Assembly: GCA_027858815.1 (NCBI GenBank)
Contig: JAQIBZ010000214.1
Location: 1 to 47,294 of the forward strand
Reading direction: 5' to 3'
Length of the DNA: 47,294 bases
Origin: Desulfobacteraceae bacterium
GTDB taxonomy: Bacteria > Desulfobacterota > Desulfobacteria > Desulfobacterales > Desulfosalsimonadaceae
Position numbers and translations under genes: made by a program. Of this stretch, positions 1-10,579 are shown one piece after another; position 1 is the stretch's first letter; every line of letters starts with the position of its first letter. The notes beneath the pieces were generated by a model. That model searched no databases, had not been told where the DNA came from, and saw only the letters and a list, made by a program, of their open reading frames with translations.

Positions 1-1929
1 TTCAAACCCATTGATGCTTCTGATCATTCGCCTGGCATTATTTCGTCCGATCGGTGCCAGACGGAAAGTTACATTTTTAAACAATTCAACATAAATACCG
101 CCCAGACCGAACATGATCAGATGTCCGAATCCGGGGTATTTGGTAACCCCCAGAATCACTTCCTGGCCCGGCGGCACCATTTTCTGAACCAGAACGCCTT
201 TGATATCCGCATCCGGTTTATATTTTTTTGATGATTCCATAATTTCAGTAAAAGCCGTTTCCACAGCTTCAAGGGTTTTCAAACCGACCTGAACCCCACC
301 GGCATCTGATTTATGAAGAATTTGGGGAGACACGATTTTCATAACCACCGGCAAACCGATTTCCTGTGCAATTTTTACTGCGTCAGCCGTGGAACCTGCC
401 ATGCACATTGCAGGGATATCAAATCCATAGCATTGGAGCAGTTCCTGACCGTCTTCTTCCCCTAACACCTTCTTTCCCTCAGCCAGACATTGATCGACAA
501 TTTCCGTTGCTCGTTTTGTGTCAAACGTCAAATCAAAATCCGGAAGCATCCGGCGTCCCAGCCATCGGGTGGCTTCATACAATTTACCCAAAGCCCTTGC
601 TGCGTCCTCGGGGAAACGATACACCGGCACATGATTTTCCTGCAGATGCTTAACACCGGCCGACACATCCACTACTCCCATAAAACTGCATACAATCGGT
701 TTTGTGGAATTATTATAAATATTGACGATGGCCTTTGCAGTGCCGATGGCGTCAGTCATGGACTGAGGTGTCAGGATCATCAATATACAATCTACACCTT
801 CGTCCTGTATCACTGTTTCTAAAGCATTTTCATACCGGTCCCGGGTCGCATCCCCGATGACATCGACCGGGTTATTGAAATTCGCCGTTGGCGGAAGGAA
901 CTGATGCAGATTCCAGTCCGTGTCCGCACTGAATTTTGCCAGCTGCAGTCCGGACATTTCGGTCATGTCCGTGGCAATAATTCCCGGGCCACCGGCATTG
1001 GTAATAATGGCCACCCGGTTGCCGACCGGGATTTTCCGGGCGGAAAACGCCACCGCATAATCAAACAGATCATCCACGGAATCCACACGAAGAATACCGG
1101 CCTGATCAAAAATCGCATTATAAACAGCCTCGGACCCGGCCAGAGAACCGGTGTGTGAGGCTGCGGCCGCCGCTCCGGCTGCTGTCTTTCCTGATTTAAT
1201 CACCAGAACCGGCGTTGGACGGTCACCAGAGGTAATTTCAATTACTTCTTCGATAAAAGTCGGTTTATAACGGAGTTCTTCCATATATATCATAATCACA
1301 TTGGTTTCCGGATCCTTGTGATAATAACGCAGCAGATCCAGCTCATCCACATCCGCTTTATTTCCAATGGAAACAAACTTGGAGAATCCGAATCCCCGGT
1401 CCGCAGCAAAATCAAGTACCGCCGTGCACAAAGCACCGCTCTGGGATATAAATGAAATATTGCCTTTATGAGGCATTCTTGCAGAAAAACTGGCATTCAG
1501 CCGGACATTTTCATTGGGATTAATGACCCCTAAACAGTTGGGTCCTATCAGGCGGATACCGGCTTTTCTACACTTATCGGCAATTTCATCCTCAATTTTT
1601 GCCCCTTCGCCCCCGACTTCCTTAAAACCCGCCGATACGATCACAATCCCTTTGACCCCTTTTTCAATACAATCGTCAACGGTTTTTAACGCGATTCGCG
1701 GCGGGAGAATAATCATGGCAAGATCGATCGGATCCGGAATATCCATCATTGATTTATAACAGCGAACACTTAAAACAGAACGGGCCTTGGGATTAACCGG
1801 ATACAGCGTCCCCTTAAACCCGCCTTTGAGAATATTTTCAAAGATATCATGGCCGACCTTTCCGGGCGTTGAAGATGCACCCACAACAGCCACTGATTCC
1901 GGTGAGAAAATTGCGTCTAATCTATCCAT
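1..1929 (-). CDS. ADP-forming acetyl-CoA synthetase / NDP-forming acyl-CoA synthetase (fused alpha+beta); C-terminal end runs off the window
   Basis: Absent from the ORF track because no stop lies inside the window. My own minus-strand translation from the ATG at 1929 gives MDRLDAIFSPESVAVVGASSTPGKVGHDIFENILKGGFKGTLYPVNPK, then ISFISQSGALCTAVLDFA and SHTGSLAGS. An ATP-grasp-like part follows (VVMKIVSPQILHKSDAGGVQVGL). The frame stays open to position 1. Confidence 0.8.
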   Translation of the reverse strand, partial: MDRLDAIFSPESVAVVGASSTPGKVGHDIFENILKGGFKGTLYPVNPKARSVLSVRCYKSMMDIPDPIDLAMIILPPRIALKTVDDCIEKGVKGIVIVSAGFKEVGGEGAKIEDEIADKCRKAGIRLIGPNCLGVINPNENVRLNASFSARMPHKGNISFISQSGALCTAVLDFAADRGFGFSKFVSIGNKADVDELDLLRYYHKDPETNVIMIYMEELRYKPTFIEEVIEITSGDRPTPVLVIKSGKTAAGAAAAASHTGSLAGSEAVYNAIFDQAGILRVDSVDDLFDYAVAFSARKIPVGNRVAIITNAGGPGIIATDMTEMSGLQLAKFSADTDWNLHQFLPPTANFNNPVDVIGDATRDRYENALETVIQDEGVDCILMILTPQSMTDAIGTAKAIVNIYNNSTKPIVCSFMGVVDVSAGVKHLQENHVPVYRFPEDAARALGKLYEATRWLGRRMLPDFDLTFDTKRATEIVDQCLAEGKKVLGEEDGQELLQCYGFDIPAMCMAGSTADAVKIAQEIGLPVVMKIVSPQILHKSDAGGVQVGLKTLEAVETAFTEIMESSKKYKPDADIKGVLVQKMVPPGQEVILGVTKYPGFGHLIMFGLGGIYVELFKNVTFRLAPIGRNNARRMIRSINGFE

Positions 1930-2845
1930 CTGTATTATCTCCTTTTTCCCCGTCTGATACTTGTTCAATCGTGGATTTTAAGTCTAAAATTTTATCATAG
2001 AGCATATTTTTAGACACCCCGCAGGATATCGATAATTGTTTGGCGAGTTGCAAAACACCGGTTTTTCCCATTTTAAGTTCTGCTTCAACCTGATGCCGGA
2101 TATCTTCAAAACAAAACGGTTTTTTAATTTTATCTCCTGAAACCAGCAGTGTTATTTCACCTTTAATCGTCTGACGATTTTTCAATTCAGCAAGCAGTTC
2201 TGAAAAATTACCCCTTAAAAATTCCTCATATGTCTTGGTCATTTCTCTGGAAAAAACGGCATACCTGTCCCCGAATATTTCCAGCATGTTTTCCAACACT
2301 GCTATAATGCGCCGGGGAGACTCATAAAAAATCAATGTTGCGTCCATATCAACCAGTTGATTCAGGTGTTCAAGCCGTTTTCTGGATTTGGATGGTAAAA
2401 ACCCGATAAAACAAAACCGGTCAGATGGCAGACCGGATGCGGACATTGCGGTAATGGCCGCTGAAACTCCGGGAATCGGGACAACCGTTATCTTTTCCTT
2501 AATCGCTGTATTAATCAGACGATACCCGGGATCTGATACGGTTGGTGTGCCTGCACTTGAAACCAGGGCAACGGACGCGCCGGATTTAAGCTTATCTAAG
2601 ATACCTTTTGTACTCTGTTCTTCATTATGCTCATGATAGGCAATTAATCTGGATTTGATTTTAAAATGAGCAAGAAGCTTTTTGGTATGGCGAGTATCTT
2701 CAGCAGCAATCAGTTCTACTTTTTGAAATGTTTCAAGGGCTCTGAATGTGATATCATTCAGATTGCCGATCGGAGTAGCAACGACATAGAGCGTTCCGGT
2801 CACAAATTGCTGCAACGGGTCATTAATAGGCGAGTTCAAAGGCAT
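1922..2845 (-). CDS. rsmI: 16S rRNA (cytidine1402-2'-O)-methyltransferase RsmI
   Basis: ORF 1922..2878 has TLYVVATPIGNLNDITFRALETF, AAEDTRHTKKLL and GVSA motifs of the tetrapyrrole-methylase-fold RsmI family. I chose the start at M12 (MPLNS); 2878 is also possible. Confidence 0.85.
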   Translation of the reverse strand: MPLNSPINDPLQQFVTGTLYVVATPIGNLNDITFRALETFQKVELIAAEDTRHTKKLLAHFKIKSRLIAYHEHNEEQSTKGILDKLKSGASVALVSSAGTPTVSDPGYRLINTAIKEKITVVPIPGVSAAITAMSASGLPSDRFCFIGFLPSKSRKRLEHLNQLVDMDATLIFYESPRRIIAVLENMLEIFGDRYAVFSREMTKTYEEFLRGNFSELLAELKNRQTIKGEITLLVSGDKIKKPFCFEDIRHQVEAELKMGKTGVLQLAKQLSISCGVSKNMLYDKILDLKSTIEQVSDGEKGDNTDG

Positions 2846-3191
2846 TTTTGATAATCTCAACGTCTGTCTTTTTATCAACGGAGTTTACGGTTACTACGTC
2901 GAATCGAGCACTGCAATTGCTCTGGTCATTTTCCTTAAGATAGTACAGGGCAGTTTTGGATATGCGTTCCTGCTTCCCATGAGTGATTGAATATTTTGGA
3001 TGCCCGAACGATGACGTCCGCCTGGATTTCACTTCTACAAAAACGACGGTATCGGAATCTTTTGCAATAATATCGATTTCACCAAATCGGGTTCGGTAGT
3101 TTCTGCAAAGTACCTGATAACCCATTTTTTTCAAATAGCGGACAGCTAAGTCTTCTCCAAATTTTCCAAATTTTTGTCTGAAGTTAAGCAT
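2823..3191 (-). CDS. yraN: YraN-family (UPF0102) endonuclease-like protein
   Basis: 122 aa with GEDLAVRYLKKMGYQVLCRNYRTRFGEIDIIA..VVFVEVKSR, typical of YraN. It sits in the conserved position next to rnhB and rsmI. Confidence 0.8.
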   Translation of the reverse strand: MLNFRQKFGKFGEDLAVRYLKKMGYQVLCRNYRTRFGEIDIIAKDSDTVVFVEVKSRRTSSFGHPKYSITHGKQERISKTALYYLKENDQSNCSARFDVVTVNSVDKKTDVEIIKNAFELAY

Positions 3192-3230
3192 TAATCATCC
3201 TAAAATGAATCCCGGTTCAATCTCTAACTG

Positions 3231-3860
3231 TTACCGGCAATACTCCTTGACGCCTTTAAAACTCTGGCGATGAATCGGACAAACACCATGCTTACGGATT
3301 GCTTGCCTGTGCGCTTTGGTCGGGTACCCTTTATGCTTTGCAAAATCAAATTCCGGATAAGCTTTGGCATATTCTTTCATAATTCTGTCACGGGTAACTT
3401 TGGCAACAATAGATGCGGCGGCAATGGATATGCTTAATGAATCACCTTTGGGAATTGCTTTTTGAGGAAGATCAAAAGAAATGAGAAAAGTGCCGTCAAT
3501 CATCAGAAAATCAGGCGGCGAATCAAGATTTTGAACGGATATGGCCATTGCCAGTAATGATGCCTGTAGAATATTGATTCGGTCAATTTCTGCCGGTTCA
3601 ACAATTCCGACGCCCACCGCAATCGCATGCTGTTGAATCTCATCAAACAGCTTTTCCCGTTTTTTGGGACTGACTTTTTTGGAATCGTCAATGCCCGAAA
3701 CCGTAAAGATATCCGGCAGAATTACCGAAGCAGCAACAACCGGGCCTGCCAGGGGTCCGCGCCCGGCCTCATCAATCCCAGCCACGGCATTATAGCCGTT
3801 TTGCCGGGCCTCTTTTTCATATGCCCACATATCATGATTTGTCATTATAATATTTTGCAC
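3231..3860 (-). CDS. rnhB: Ribonuclease HII
   Basis: GIDEAGRGPLAGPVVAASV and DDSKK motifs. The start could instead be the internal M at 3845. Confidence 0.9.
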   Translation of the reverse strand: MQNIIMTNHDMWAYEKEARQNGYNAVAGIDEAGRGPLAGPVVAASVILPDIFTVSGIDDSKKVSPKKREKLFDEIQQHAIAVGVGIVEPAEIDRINILQASLLAMAISVQNLDSPPDFLMIDGTFLISFDLPQKAIPKGDSLSISIAAASIVAKVTRDRIMKEYAKAYPEFDFAKHKGYPTKAHRQAIRKHGVCPIHRQSFKGVKEYCR

Positions 3861-3911
3861 ATGAAAGCGTCCCGCTGATTAAAGAATAATGAAACAACCG
3901 GGCCAGGAAAT

Positions 3912-3963
3912 AACAAAAATAGTTCAGACAAAAATGCATAAAAAAATCCATTCCATCTGAACT
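3912..3963 (-). terminator. Possible weak intrinsic terminator/attenuator between rplS and rnhB
   Basis: 8-bp inverted repeat AGTTCAGA (3921-3928) / TCTGAACT (3956-3963), followed on the minus strand by ATTTTTGTT. The stem is AT-rich and the loop is long. Confidence 0.3.
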
Positions 3964-4011
3964 ATTAAATTCAATAATCGGAAAAAACAGTTCCGCCTTA
4001 TCAGCGAGTGT

Positions 4012-4365
4012 CTACTTCTGATCCCGGCGGCGTTCTTTAATCCTGGCAGCTTTTCCTCTCAGGTTGCGCAGGTAGTAGATCTTAGCACGACGGACACGAC
4101 CATGAGTCACGACCTCGATTTTGGAAATACTGGGAGAATGGGTCGGAAAAACACGTTCTACACCGACACCGTAAGACACTTTACGTACGATAAAGGATGC
4201 ATTGGTGGTGCCTTTTCGCTTGCTGATGACAACGCCCTGAAATATCTGGATACGTTCTTTTTCACCTTCTCTGATTCTTACATGCACCTTAACTGTATCA
4301 CCCGGAAAGAAATCCGGATGATCAAGCCGTAACTGTTCTCTTTCTATCTGTTTAATCTTTTCCAT
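4012..4365 (-). CDS. rplS: 50S ribosomal protein L19
   Basis: 117 aa with [32 protein letters not shown], a classic L19 sequence. Confidence 0.95.
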   Translation of the reverse strand: MEKIKQIEREQLRLDHPDFFPGDTVKVHVRIREGEKERIQIFQGVVISKRKGTTNASFIVRKVSYGVGVERVFPTHSPSISKIEVVTHGRVRRAKIYYLRNLRGKAARIKERRRDQK

Positions 4366-4432
4366 GACAATCCTCTAAATTTATTTTATTTCAAAACGTA
4401 TCAAACATTACGTTTTAATGTGTTCAATAAAA

Positions 4433-5008
4433 TCACTCAACGCCCAGCAGCCTGTCCAGAATAATCGCTACCGCCGATCGAACCGGTAAATGATTATATT
4501 CCGTATTACCTTTAATGGGCTCAAGAACAAAATCCGCTGATTCGAGAAATTCTTCCGTTAACCCCCATGCAGTGCCAAAAGCAAGAAGATATGCCTGTGC
4601 CGGGTCATTCAAACGATTTTTAAAATCCTCAAACCGCAGTGCATTCTGTTTTTCAGATGCACACGTTACCACCACACGGACATCAGTGCCAGCCTTGGCT
4701 TTAATATCGTCAACAACCTGGATCAGAGAATCTTTGACCTTTACCAGCGACAATGCCTCTTTACGGTTCGGGTTATATGTACCACCCCAACCGTCAATCC
4801 AGTGAGAAACGATTTTTTCAACTAATGCTCTCTGATCTTCCAGCGGTGTTACCACATAAAATGATTCAACACCATATGTTTTTGCTATTCTGGCAATATC
4901 ATGCAGGTCAAGGTTTGTAACCGCTGACGTGATGATCTCGCCATGTTTATTTTTTACCGGATGATGCAGCAACGCAACAGACAGCTTAGGCGGAGATAAG
5001 TTGTTCAA
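4433..5008 (-). CDS. Predicted SAM-dependent RNA methyltransferase (SPOUT-like, Methyltrn_RNA_4-type) conserved between trmD and rplS
   Basis: 191 aa with [37 protein letters not shown]. The family assignment is from memory of this motif and the gene position, not from a search. Confidence 0.55.
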   Translation of the reverse strand: MNNLSPPKLSVALLHHPVKNKHGEIITSAVTNLDLHDIARIAKTYGVESFYVVTPLEDQRALVEKIVSHWIDGWGGTYNPNRKEALSLVKVKDSLIQVVDDIKAKAGTDVRVVVTCASEKQNALRFEDFKNRLNDPAQAYLLAFGTAWGLTEEFLESADFVLEPIKGNTEYNHLPVRSAVAIILDRLLGVE

Positions 5009-5732
5009 TATATTTGCACCACCGTTTTAATACTTTTTTCTCCACACTGTCCAGCATTTTACTATCCAGCAAATCCGGACGTTTTAACAGCGTCCGAACC
5101 AATGAAGATTCGAGTCGCCAGTCTGCAATGGCTCCATGATTTCCAGACAAAAGAATATCCGGAACCGCGTCATCTTCAAATACCGGCGGCCGGGTATAAT
5201 GCGCATGCTCCAGCAAGTGATCCGTAAATGAATCTTTTTCCGCTGAGTCTTCTCCTCCCAAGGCTCCCGGGAGCAGACGGGTCACGGCATCGATTATTAT
5301 CATTGCTGCCGGTTCACCGCCGGTGAGAACATAATCACCGATTGAAATTTCTTCGTCAATGTACTTATAAACCCGTTCATCAACACCTTCATAGCGACCG
5401 CAAATAAAAATAAGACCGTCAAGCATTGATAACTCAATGGCAACCGACTGCTTAAACGGCCTTCCCTGGGGTGACAAAAGAATCGTCCTGGCACCCGGTA
5501 TTATTTTTTTCGCTTCTGCGATCACTCCGGCCAAAGGTTCCGGTTTCATTACCATACCGGCACCACCGCCATAGGGTCGATCATCTGTTATCCGGTGCTT
5601 CCCCTCGGCAAATTTTCTAATATCCACTGGATCAACGGAAATAATCCCGGCTTCAATCGCCCGCCGGATAATACCGTGTGCCAAAAAAGAATCAAAAATT
5701 TCCGGAAAAATCGTCAGAATGCTGAAATCCAT
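4986..5732 (-). CDS. trmD: tRNA (guanine37-N1)-methyltransferase TrmD
   Basis: ORF 4986..5843. The conserved TrmD N-terminus [13 protein letters not shown] starts at M38 (5732), 13 nt after the rimM stop. It also has [11 protein letters not shown] and [10 protein letters not shown] motifs. Confidence 0.9.
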   Translation of the reverse strand: MDFSILTIFPEIFDSFLAHGIIRRAIEAGIISVDPVDIRKFAEGKHRITDDRPYGGGAGMVMKPEPLAGVIAEAKKIIPGARTILLSPQGRPFKQSVAIELSMLDGLIFICGRYEGVDERVYKYIDEEISIGDYVLTGGEPAAMIIIDAVTRLLPGALGGEDSAEKDSFTDHLLEHAHYTRPPVFEDDAVPDILLSGNHGAIADWRLESSLVRTLLKRPDLLDSKMLDSVEKKVLKRWCKYIEQLISA

Positions 5733-5745
5733 CAACTGGAACCCT

Positions 5746-6258
5746 CTATAAAAGTCCTTCGGGCAGATCGACGCTGATTTTTTGTTCATCAAAATCAACA
5801 TCGCAGACGATGGATTCAGTGACCGGTATGAGCACTTCCTCATCTCCGTGTTTTACAACGAGAACATCATTGCTACCGGTTTCAAACAAATTCTCGACGT
5901 GTCCCAGATACGTGCCATCAATATCGTGTACTGCCAATCCGATAAGATCACACCAGTACCATTCTCCCTCTTCCGGTTCCGGCAATTCAGAACGTTTAAG
6001 CAACAGTTCAGAACCAATCAGCGTTTCAGCTGCCGTACGGTCCGACATCCCCTCAAAGACAATACGCAAAACATTCTTATACGACTGAACATCTTTCACC
6101 GTAAATGTGCTTACCGTGCCGCTGCTTTTTTTAAGCCGAATTTGTCTGCCGGGCGCAAACAGGTCTATGGATTCGTCAAAAGAATAGACCTTCAGATACC
6201 CTTTCATGCCATGAACACCAACAATTTTTCCAATCAAAAGGGTATCGTCTTTATCCAT
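5746..6258 (-). CDS. rimM: 16S rRNA processing protein RimM
   Basis: 170 aa with [18 protein letters not shown] and a PRC-barrel-like C-terminus. It lies in the rpsP-KH-rimM-trmD-rplS synteny block. Confidence 0.9.
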   Translation of the reverse strand: MDKDDTLLIGKIVGVHGMKGYLKVYSFDESIDLFAPGRQIRLKKSSGTVSTFTVKDVQSYKNVLRIVFEGMSDRTAAETLIGSELLLKRSELPEPEEGEWYWCDLIGLAVHDIDGTYLGHVENLFETGSNDVLVVKHGDEEVLIPVTESIVCDVDFDEQKISVDLPEGLL

Positions 6259-6265
6259 ATAGCGC

Positions 6266-6499
6266 CTAATCTTCTACGATTTCAAGGACCGTCCTTTTTC
6301 TGATCTTAGCAGAAGACGCACTTAACAATGTCCGCATTGCCCGCGCAGTACGACCTTGTTTACCAATAACCTTTCCCAGGTCCTCCTTAGCGACTTTCAA
6401 TTCAAGGACTGAAGTCTGGTCACCCACAATTTCTGTAACCATTACCTCTTCGGGATTGTCAACAAGCGCTTTTGCGATGTACGTGATCAGATCTTTCAT
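6266..6499 (-). CDS. KH-domain RNA-binding protein (YlqC/UPF0109)
   Basis: 77 aa with [35 protein letters not shown]. Confidence 0.9.
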   Translation of the reverse strand: MKDLITYIAKALVDNPEEVMVTEIVGDQTSVLELKVAKEDLGKVIGKQGRTARAMRTLLSASSAKIRKRTVLEIVED

Positions 6500-6576
6500 G
6501 GTCCGTCTCCTTTTAATAGATAGCTGCTGGGAAAATAAGGATTAAGAGGTAGAACAACACATAAAACAGAAACTAT

Positions 6577-6816
6577 TTAAAGACCTTCTTTTTTCAACAG
6601 ACTGTTCACTGTATCTGTCGGCTTTGCTCCCTGGCCGATCCAGTATTCAATTCTTTCTTTTTTCAAGGTGACTTCATTGGGTTCTACCATCGGATTGTAG
6701 GTGCCGACATTTTCCAGAAATCTTCCGTCACGCGGATACTGTCCGTCTGCAACAACAATTCGATAAAACGGTTTTTTTTTCGCACCGTATCTTGATAACC
6801 TGATTTTTACTGCCAT
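6577..6816 (-). CDS. rpsP: 30S ribosomal protein S16
   Basis: [24 protein letters not shown] is a classic S16 N-terminus. Confidence 0.95.
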   Translation of the reverse strand: MAVKIRLSRYGAKKKPFYRIVVADGQYPRDGRFLENVGTYNPMVEPNEVTLKKERIEYWIGQGAKPTDTVNSLLKKEGL

Positions 6817-6830
6817 ATTCTAAAACTCCT

Positions 6831-8165
6831 TCAAAAAGGCATCGTTCCGCGGCCCATTCCGCGCATAAACCCGCCCTTGTTGATCTTTTTCATCATTTTT
6901 AAAACTTGTGTATAATTTTTCAATAACTTATTAACTTCTTGTACACTGTTCCCACTGCCTTTTGCAATCCTTTTTCGTCGACTGCCGTTAATTATCGAAT
7001 GTTTTGCCCGCTCGGCACGGGTCATGGAATTAATAATCGCTTCCACCCGAACCAGTTCCCGATCATCCACATCCATATTTTTAAACTGCTTGCTTTTACT
7101 GACCCCGGGAATCATTTTAATCAGATCATTGAGCGACCCCATTTTACGGACCTGGGACATTTGGTCACGAAAATCTTCTAAGGTAAACTCATTTTTCCTG
7201 AGTTTTTTCTCCAGTTCCGCTGCTTTTTTCTCATCAACAGCGCCCTGGGCTTTTTCGATGAAGGACAGCATGTCCCCCATCCCCAAAATTCGGGATGCGA
7301 CACGATCCGGGTGAAACGGTTCCAGCTCACTCAGCTTTTCACCCACACCGATAAATTTAATCGGCTTATTAATAATGGCTTTGATGGAAAGCGCGGCACC
7401 GCCACGGGCGTCACCATCCATCTTTGACAGAACCACCCCGCCGATATCGAGCGCTTTATCAAAGGACTGGGCAATATTTACAGCATCCTGACCGGTCATG
7501 GCGTCGGCCACCAGCAATATATCCGACGGATGCAGCGTATTCTTAATATTCACCAGTTCCGCCATCAGTTCTTCATCCATATGAAGACGTCCGGCCGTAT
7601 CAAGAATCAGGGTGTCACAGCCAGCTGCTTTCGCATCGACAACAGCCTCACGACAGATCTGGACCGGATCCATATCTGTGGTTGATGAAAAAACCGGTGT
7701 TGAAATCTCTGATGCCAACTTTTTGAGCTGATCAATCGCTGCCGGACGATATACATCCACCGGGACCAGATAAGGTTTTCTGCCCTGTTTCCTCAATAAA
7801 TTGGCGAGCTTGCCGGCGGTCGTCGTTTTACCGGACCCCTGAAGACCCACCAACATAATAACTGCCGGTGCCGGACCGGAAAGATCCAACTCCTCATTCG
7901 CGTTGCCCATCAAAGCAGTCAACTCATCGTTGACAATCTTGATCACCTGCTGCCCCGGGGTCAGGCTCGACAGGACTTCCTGACCGACAGCACGTTTCTT
8001 GATATCGGCAACCAGTTTTTTAACGACTTTATAATGAGCGTCCGCTTCAAGCAGCGCCATGCGTACTTCTTTTAGGCCTTCCTCAATATTGCTCTCCGTA
8101 AGTTTCCCGTGCCCTTTGAGCTTTTTAAAAACCGTATTGAGTCTGTCACTTAAATTTTCAAACAT
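6831..8165 (-). CDS. ffh: Signal recognition particle protein Ffh
   Basis: 444 aa with N domain, G domain (GLQGSGKTTTAGKLA, DTAGR) and a Met-rich M domain at the C-terminus. Confidence 0.95.
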   Translation of the reverse strand: MFENLSDRLNTVFKKLKGHGKLTESNIEEGLKEVRMALLEADAHYKVVKKLVADIKKRAVGQEVLSSLTPGQQVIKIVNDELTALMGNANEELDLSGPAPAVIMLVGLQGSGKTTTAGKLANLLRKQGRKPYLVPVDVYRPAAIDQLKKLASEISTPVFSSTTDMDPVQICREAVVDAKAAGCDTLILDTAGRLHMDEELMAELVNIKNTLHPSDILLVADAMTGQDAVNIAQSFDKALDIGGVVLSKMDGDARGGAALSIKAIINKPIKFIGVGEKLSELEPFHPDRVASRILGMGDMLSFIEKAQGAVDEKKAAELEKKLRKNEFTLEDFRDQMSQVRKMGSLNDLIKMIPGVSKSKQFKNMDVDDRELVRVEAIINSMTRAERAKHSIINGSRRKRIAKGSGNSVQEVNKLLKNYTQVLKMMKKINKGGFMRGMGRGTMPF

Positions 8166-8319
8166 AAAATTTTAGGCCCTGTAAGTAAATTGTTGAAAAT
8201 AATATTTCACAAATGTTATGTCAAGTAAAATATGTTTGTTAACATCCGCCCTGAGATATCATATCTATCCGGGGTTAATGGGAATAATCTTATCACCGCA
8301 AACCGGGTCTAAAATATAA

Positions 8320-9402
8320 ATGACACTTACAACAGAAATCATACCAGAAACATTGCCGGAATTAAAACCGGACATCAAAGAATTCACCAGAGAAGAACTG
8401 ACCCGATGGTTCCATGAAAAAGGTATTCAACCCTACCGAACCACCCAGATCATGAGCTGGATCTACTTAAAACGGGTTGATTCATTTGACGAAATGACTA
8501 ATATTTCAAAAGCAAACCGAAAATTATTGACCGAAAATTTCTCATTTTCAAAACCTTATAAAAAACAGATTGAAGTGTCTGCTGACAGGTCAAAAAAATA
8601 CCTGTTTGGATTAAAAGACGGCAATTGTATTGAAACCGTTCTCATTCCTGAAAAAAATCATTATACCCTGTGCATATCCACCCAGGTCGGATGTGCCATG
8701 GGATGCCGATTTTGCATGACGGCAAAATCCGGCCTGATCCGAAACCTCACCCAGGCAGAAATTATCAATCAGGTGCTCGGCGCTCTAAAAGACGTTACCG
8801 GCGAAAAACAACTGACCAATATTGTCTTAATGGGCATGGGAGAGCCTTTGGCTAATTATGAAAATGTTATCCGCGCCATCCATATTTTAACGGACAATGA
8901 CAACGGCATGCAGTTTTCCACCCGGCGGGTTACCCTTTCCACTTCCGGCCTGATTACTAAGTTTGATGAACTGGGCCGGGATACAAAAATCAATCTGGCC
9001 ATCTCATTAAATGCAACAGATAACCATACCCGCAGCATGCTCATGCCGATTAACAAAAAATATCCCCTTGAGCAATTGATTGATGCATGTGCCCGATACC
9101 AGCTGGCCCCGAGAAACAAAATCACCTTTGAATATATCCTGATACAGGGCATCAACGATTCCATTGAAGACGCACATCGACTCACCAAGCTGTTGAAACC
9201 GGTGAAGGCAAAAATAAACCTGATCCCTTTTAATGAACACGCCGGCTGTGAATTTAAACGCCCGGAAGAATCGGTGATATTAAAATTTCAGGAAGTGCTT
9301 CATCAAAAAGGCTATACGTCAATCATCCGGCGCAGTAAGGGGCAGGATATTTCGGCGGCGTGTGGGCAGCTTTCCGCCCAAAAATCATCATCTAACACTT
9401 GA
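8320..9402 (+). CDS. rlmN: 23S rRNA/tRNA (adenine-C2)-methyltransferase RlmN (radical SAM)
   Basis: Has the CxxxCxxC cluster (GCAMGCRFCMT), GMGEPLANY and a C-terminal GQDISAACGQL motif. Confidence 0.9.
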   Translation: MTLTTEIIPETLPELKPDIKEFTREELTRWFHEKGIQPYRTTQIMSWIYLKRVDSFDEMTNISKANRKLLTENFSFSKPYKKQIEVSADRSKKYLFGLKDGNCIETVLIPEKNHYTLCISTQVGCAMGCRFCMTAKSGLIRNLTQAEIINQVLGALKDVTGEKQLTNIVLMGMGEPLANYENVIRAIHILTDNDNGMQFSTRRVTLSTSGLITKFDELGRDTKINLAISLNATDNHTRSMLMPINKKYPLEQLIDACARYQLAPRNKITFEYILIQGINDSIEDAHRLTKLLKPVKAKINLIPFNEHAGCEFKRPEESVILKFQEVLHQKGYTSIIRRSKGQDISAACGQLSAQKSSSNT

Positions 9403-9484
9403 TGACTGCGTTGCAAGCCTCCTCAAAATGCTCACATACAAATGTATGCTCCGCTTTTTCATCGGCTTGCGCCTTGTCATCAAG
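9398..9484. other. Nested hairpin between convergent genes (possible bidirectional terminator)
   Basis: CTTGATGAC (9398-9406) pairs with GTCATCAAG (9476-9484). GCAAGCC pairs with GGCTTGC inside, and an inner palindrome CATACA-AA-TGTATG is present. Confidence 0.3.
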
Positions 9485-9516
9485 CGTGATCTGATAATTT
9501 TTGCAGATTTTATAAA

Positions 9517-10509
9517 TTACGGGATAAGCAAATCCTGAACCTCGCTGCTTGGTATGGGGGTAACGGTAATTTCCTTCTGACCTTCCGGACTTATCACGCA
9601 TACTTCAACCGGATCATATTCCGGTGTCTTACTGTATCCCGCACAAATAGATGCTGCCAATTCTGCTATTTGCGGATCACATCCATTCGGGATGAGAACC
9701 GCAGGGCCGGGAATTGAGTGCATTTTTATTAAAATATCACAATCCTTCCGATACAGTCGGAACAGAGTATCATTGTCTTTCTTGTTTCTGCCGACAATAA
9801 TTTTAATATTTTCATTCAAACGGAGATGACGGCCGTAAGATAACAAATCCATTTCAACCGGCGCAATGATGTCCTGATGATCAAAGAGATCCTTTAAGCG
9901 TTTTGAATAACCTTTATCAGTCAAAAGGCACCCGCCGGCCGGTGCCGGATAATCCGTAACACCAAATCTTTCTGCAAGCGCCATCTGCGGTTTTCTGGAT
10001 CTTCCGGAAAAACCATACAATCTTTCCCGGTCTACCAGCCCGTCCCTTTCCATAGGGGTTTCCGGCAGAACCATCGCACTTAGCGGTCTTAAAATAGTCC
10101 CGTCAAAACCGGAATTTTTTTCCACATACCGCAATGAATTTTTGTTCTGGGACATGGGACGCTGCCCTCTGACTTCCCCGGAAAATAAAAAATCACTGCC
10201 TGTTTCTGCCATCATTTCCCCGGCAATTTGAAACATTAAAGCATGACAGTCCATGCAAGGGTTCATATTTTTCCCATAACCGCATGCCGGGTTGTGCAGC
10301 ATGGGCATGTAGCGTTCGGTAATATCCTTGACAATAATCGGGATTTTATTATTAATTGAAGCCTTGCGGGCTTTATCAGCGGAAAAAAACGGCGTTTCAA
10401 ACGCAACCCAGCAGACGTCAATTCCCTGCTCCCTTAGCACGAGGGCCGCCAAAATGCTGTCCAATCCGCCGGAGCACAACCCCAAGCCTTTAACTTTTTT
10501 ATTATGCAT
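9517..10509 (-). CDS. PP-loop ATP pyrophosphatase family protein (ThiI/MnmA-like tRNA thiolation-type enzyme)
   Basis: SGGxDS PP-loop (LCSGGLDSILAA) near the N-terminus and a Cys-rich CMDCH motif. Start chosen at MHNKK (10509). Confidence 0.6.
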   Translation of the reverse strand: MHNKKVKGLGLCSGGLDSILAALVLREQGIDVCWVAFETPFFSADKARKASINNKIPIIVKDITERYMPMLHNPACGYGKNMNPCMDCHALMFQIAGEMMAETGSDFLFSGEVRGQRPMSQNKNSLRYVEKNSGFDGTILRPLSAMVLPETPMERDGLVDRERLYGFSGRSRKPQMALAERFGVTDYPAPAGGCLLTDKGYSKRLKDLFDHQDIIAPVEMDLLSYGRHLRLNENIKIIVGRNKKDNDTLFRLYRKDCDILIKMHSIPGPAVLIPNGCDPQIAELAASICAGYSKTPEYDPVEVCVISPEGQKEITVTPIPSSEVQDLLIP

Positions 10510-10579
10510 AATCCATATTCTCAAAAAGGTTCACAGTACTTAAAAATCATCTTACGCAACTTAGGAATAAGCTAAAACA

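Noticed and set aside
5782-6303. 173-aa plus-strand ORF opposite rimM.
   Set aside because: It is antisense to a well-conserved gene in a conserved ribosomal operon, and its protein has no recognisable features.
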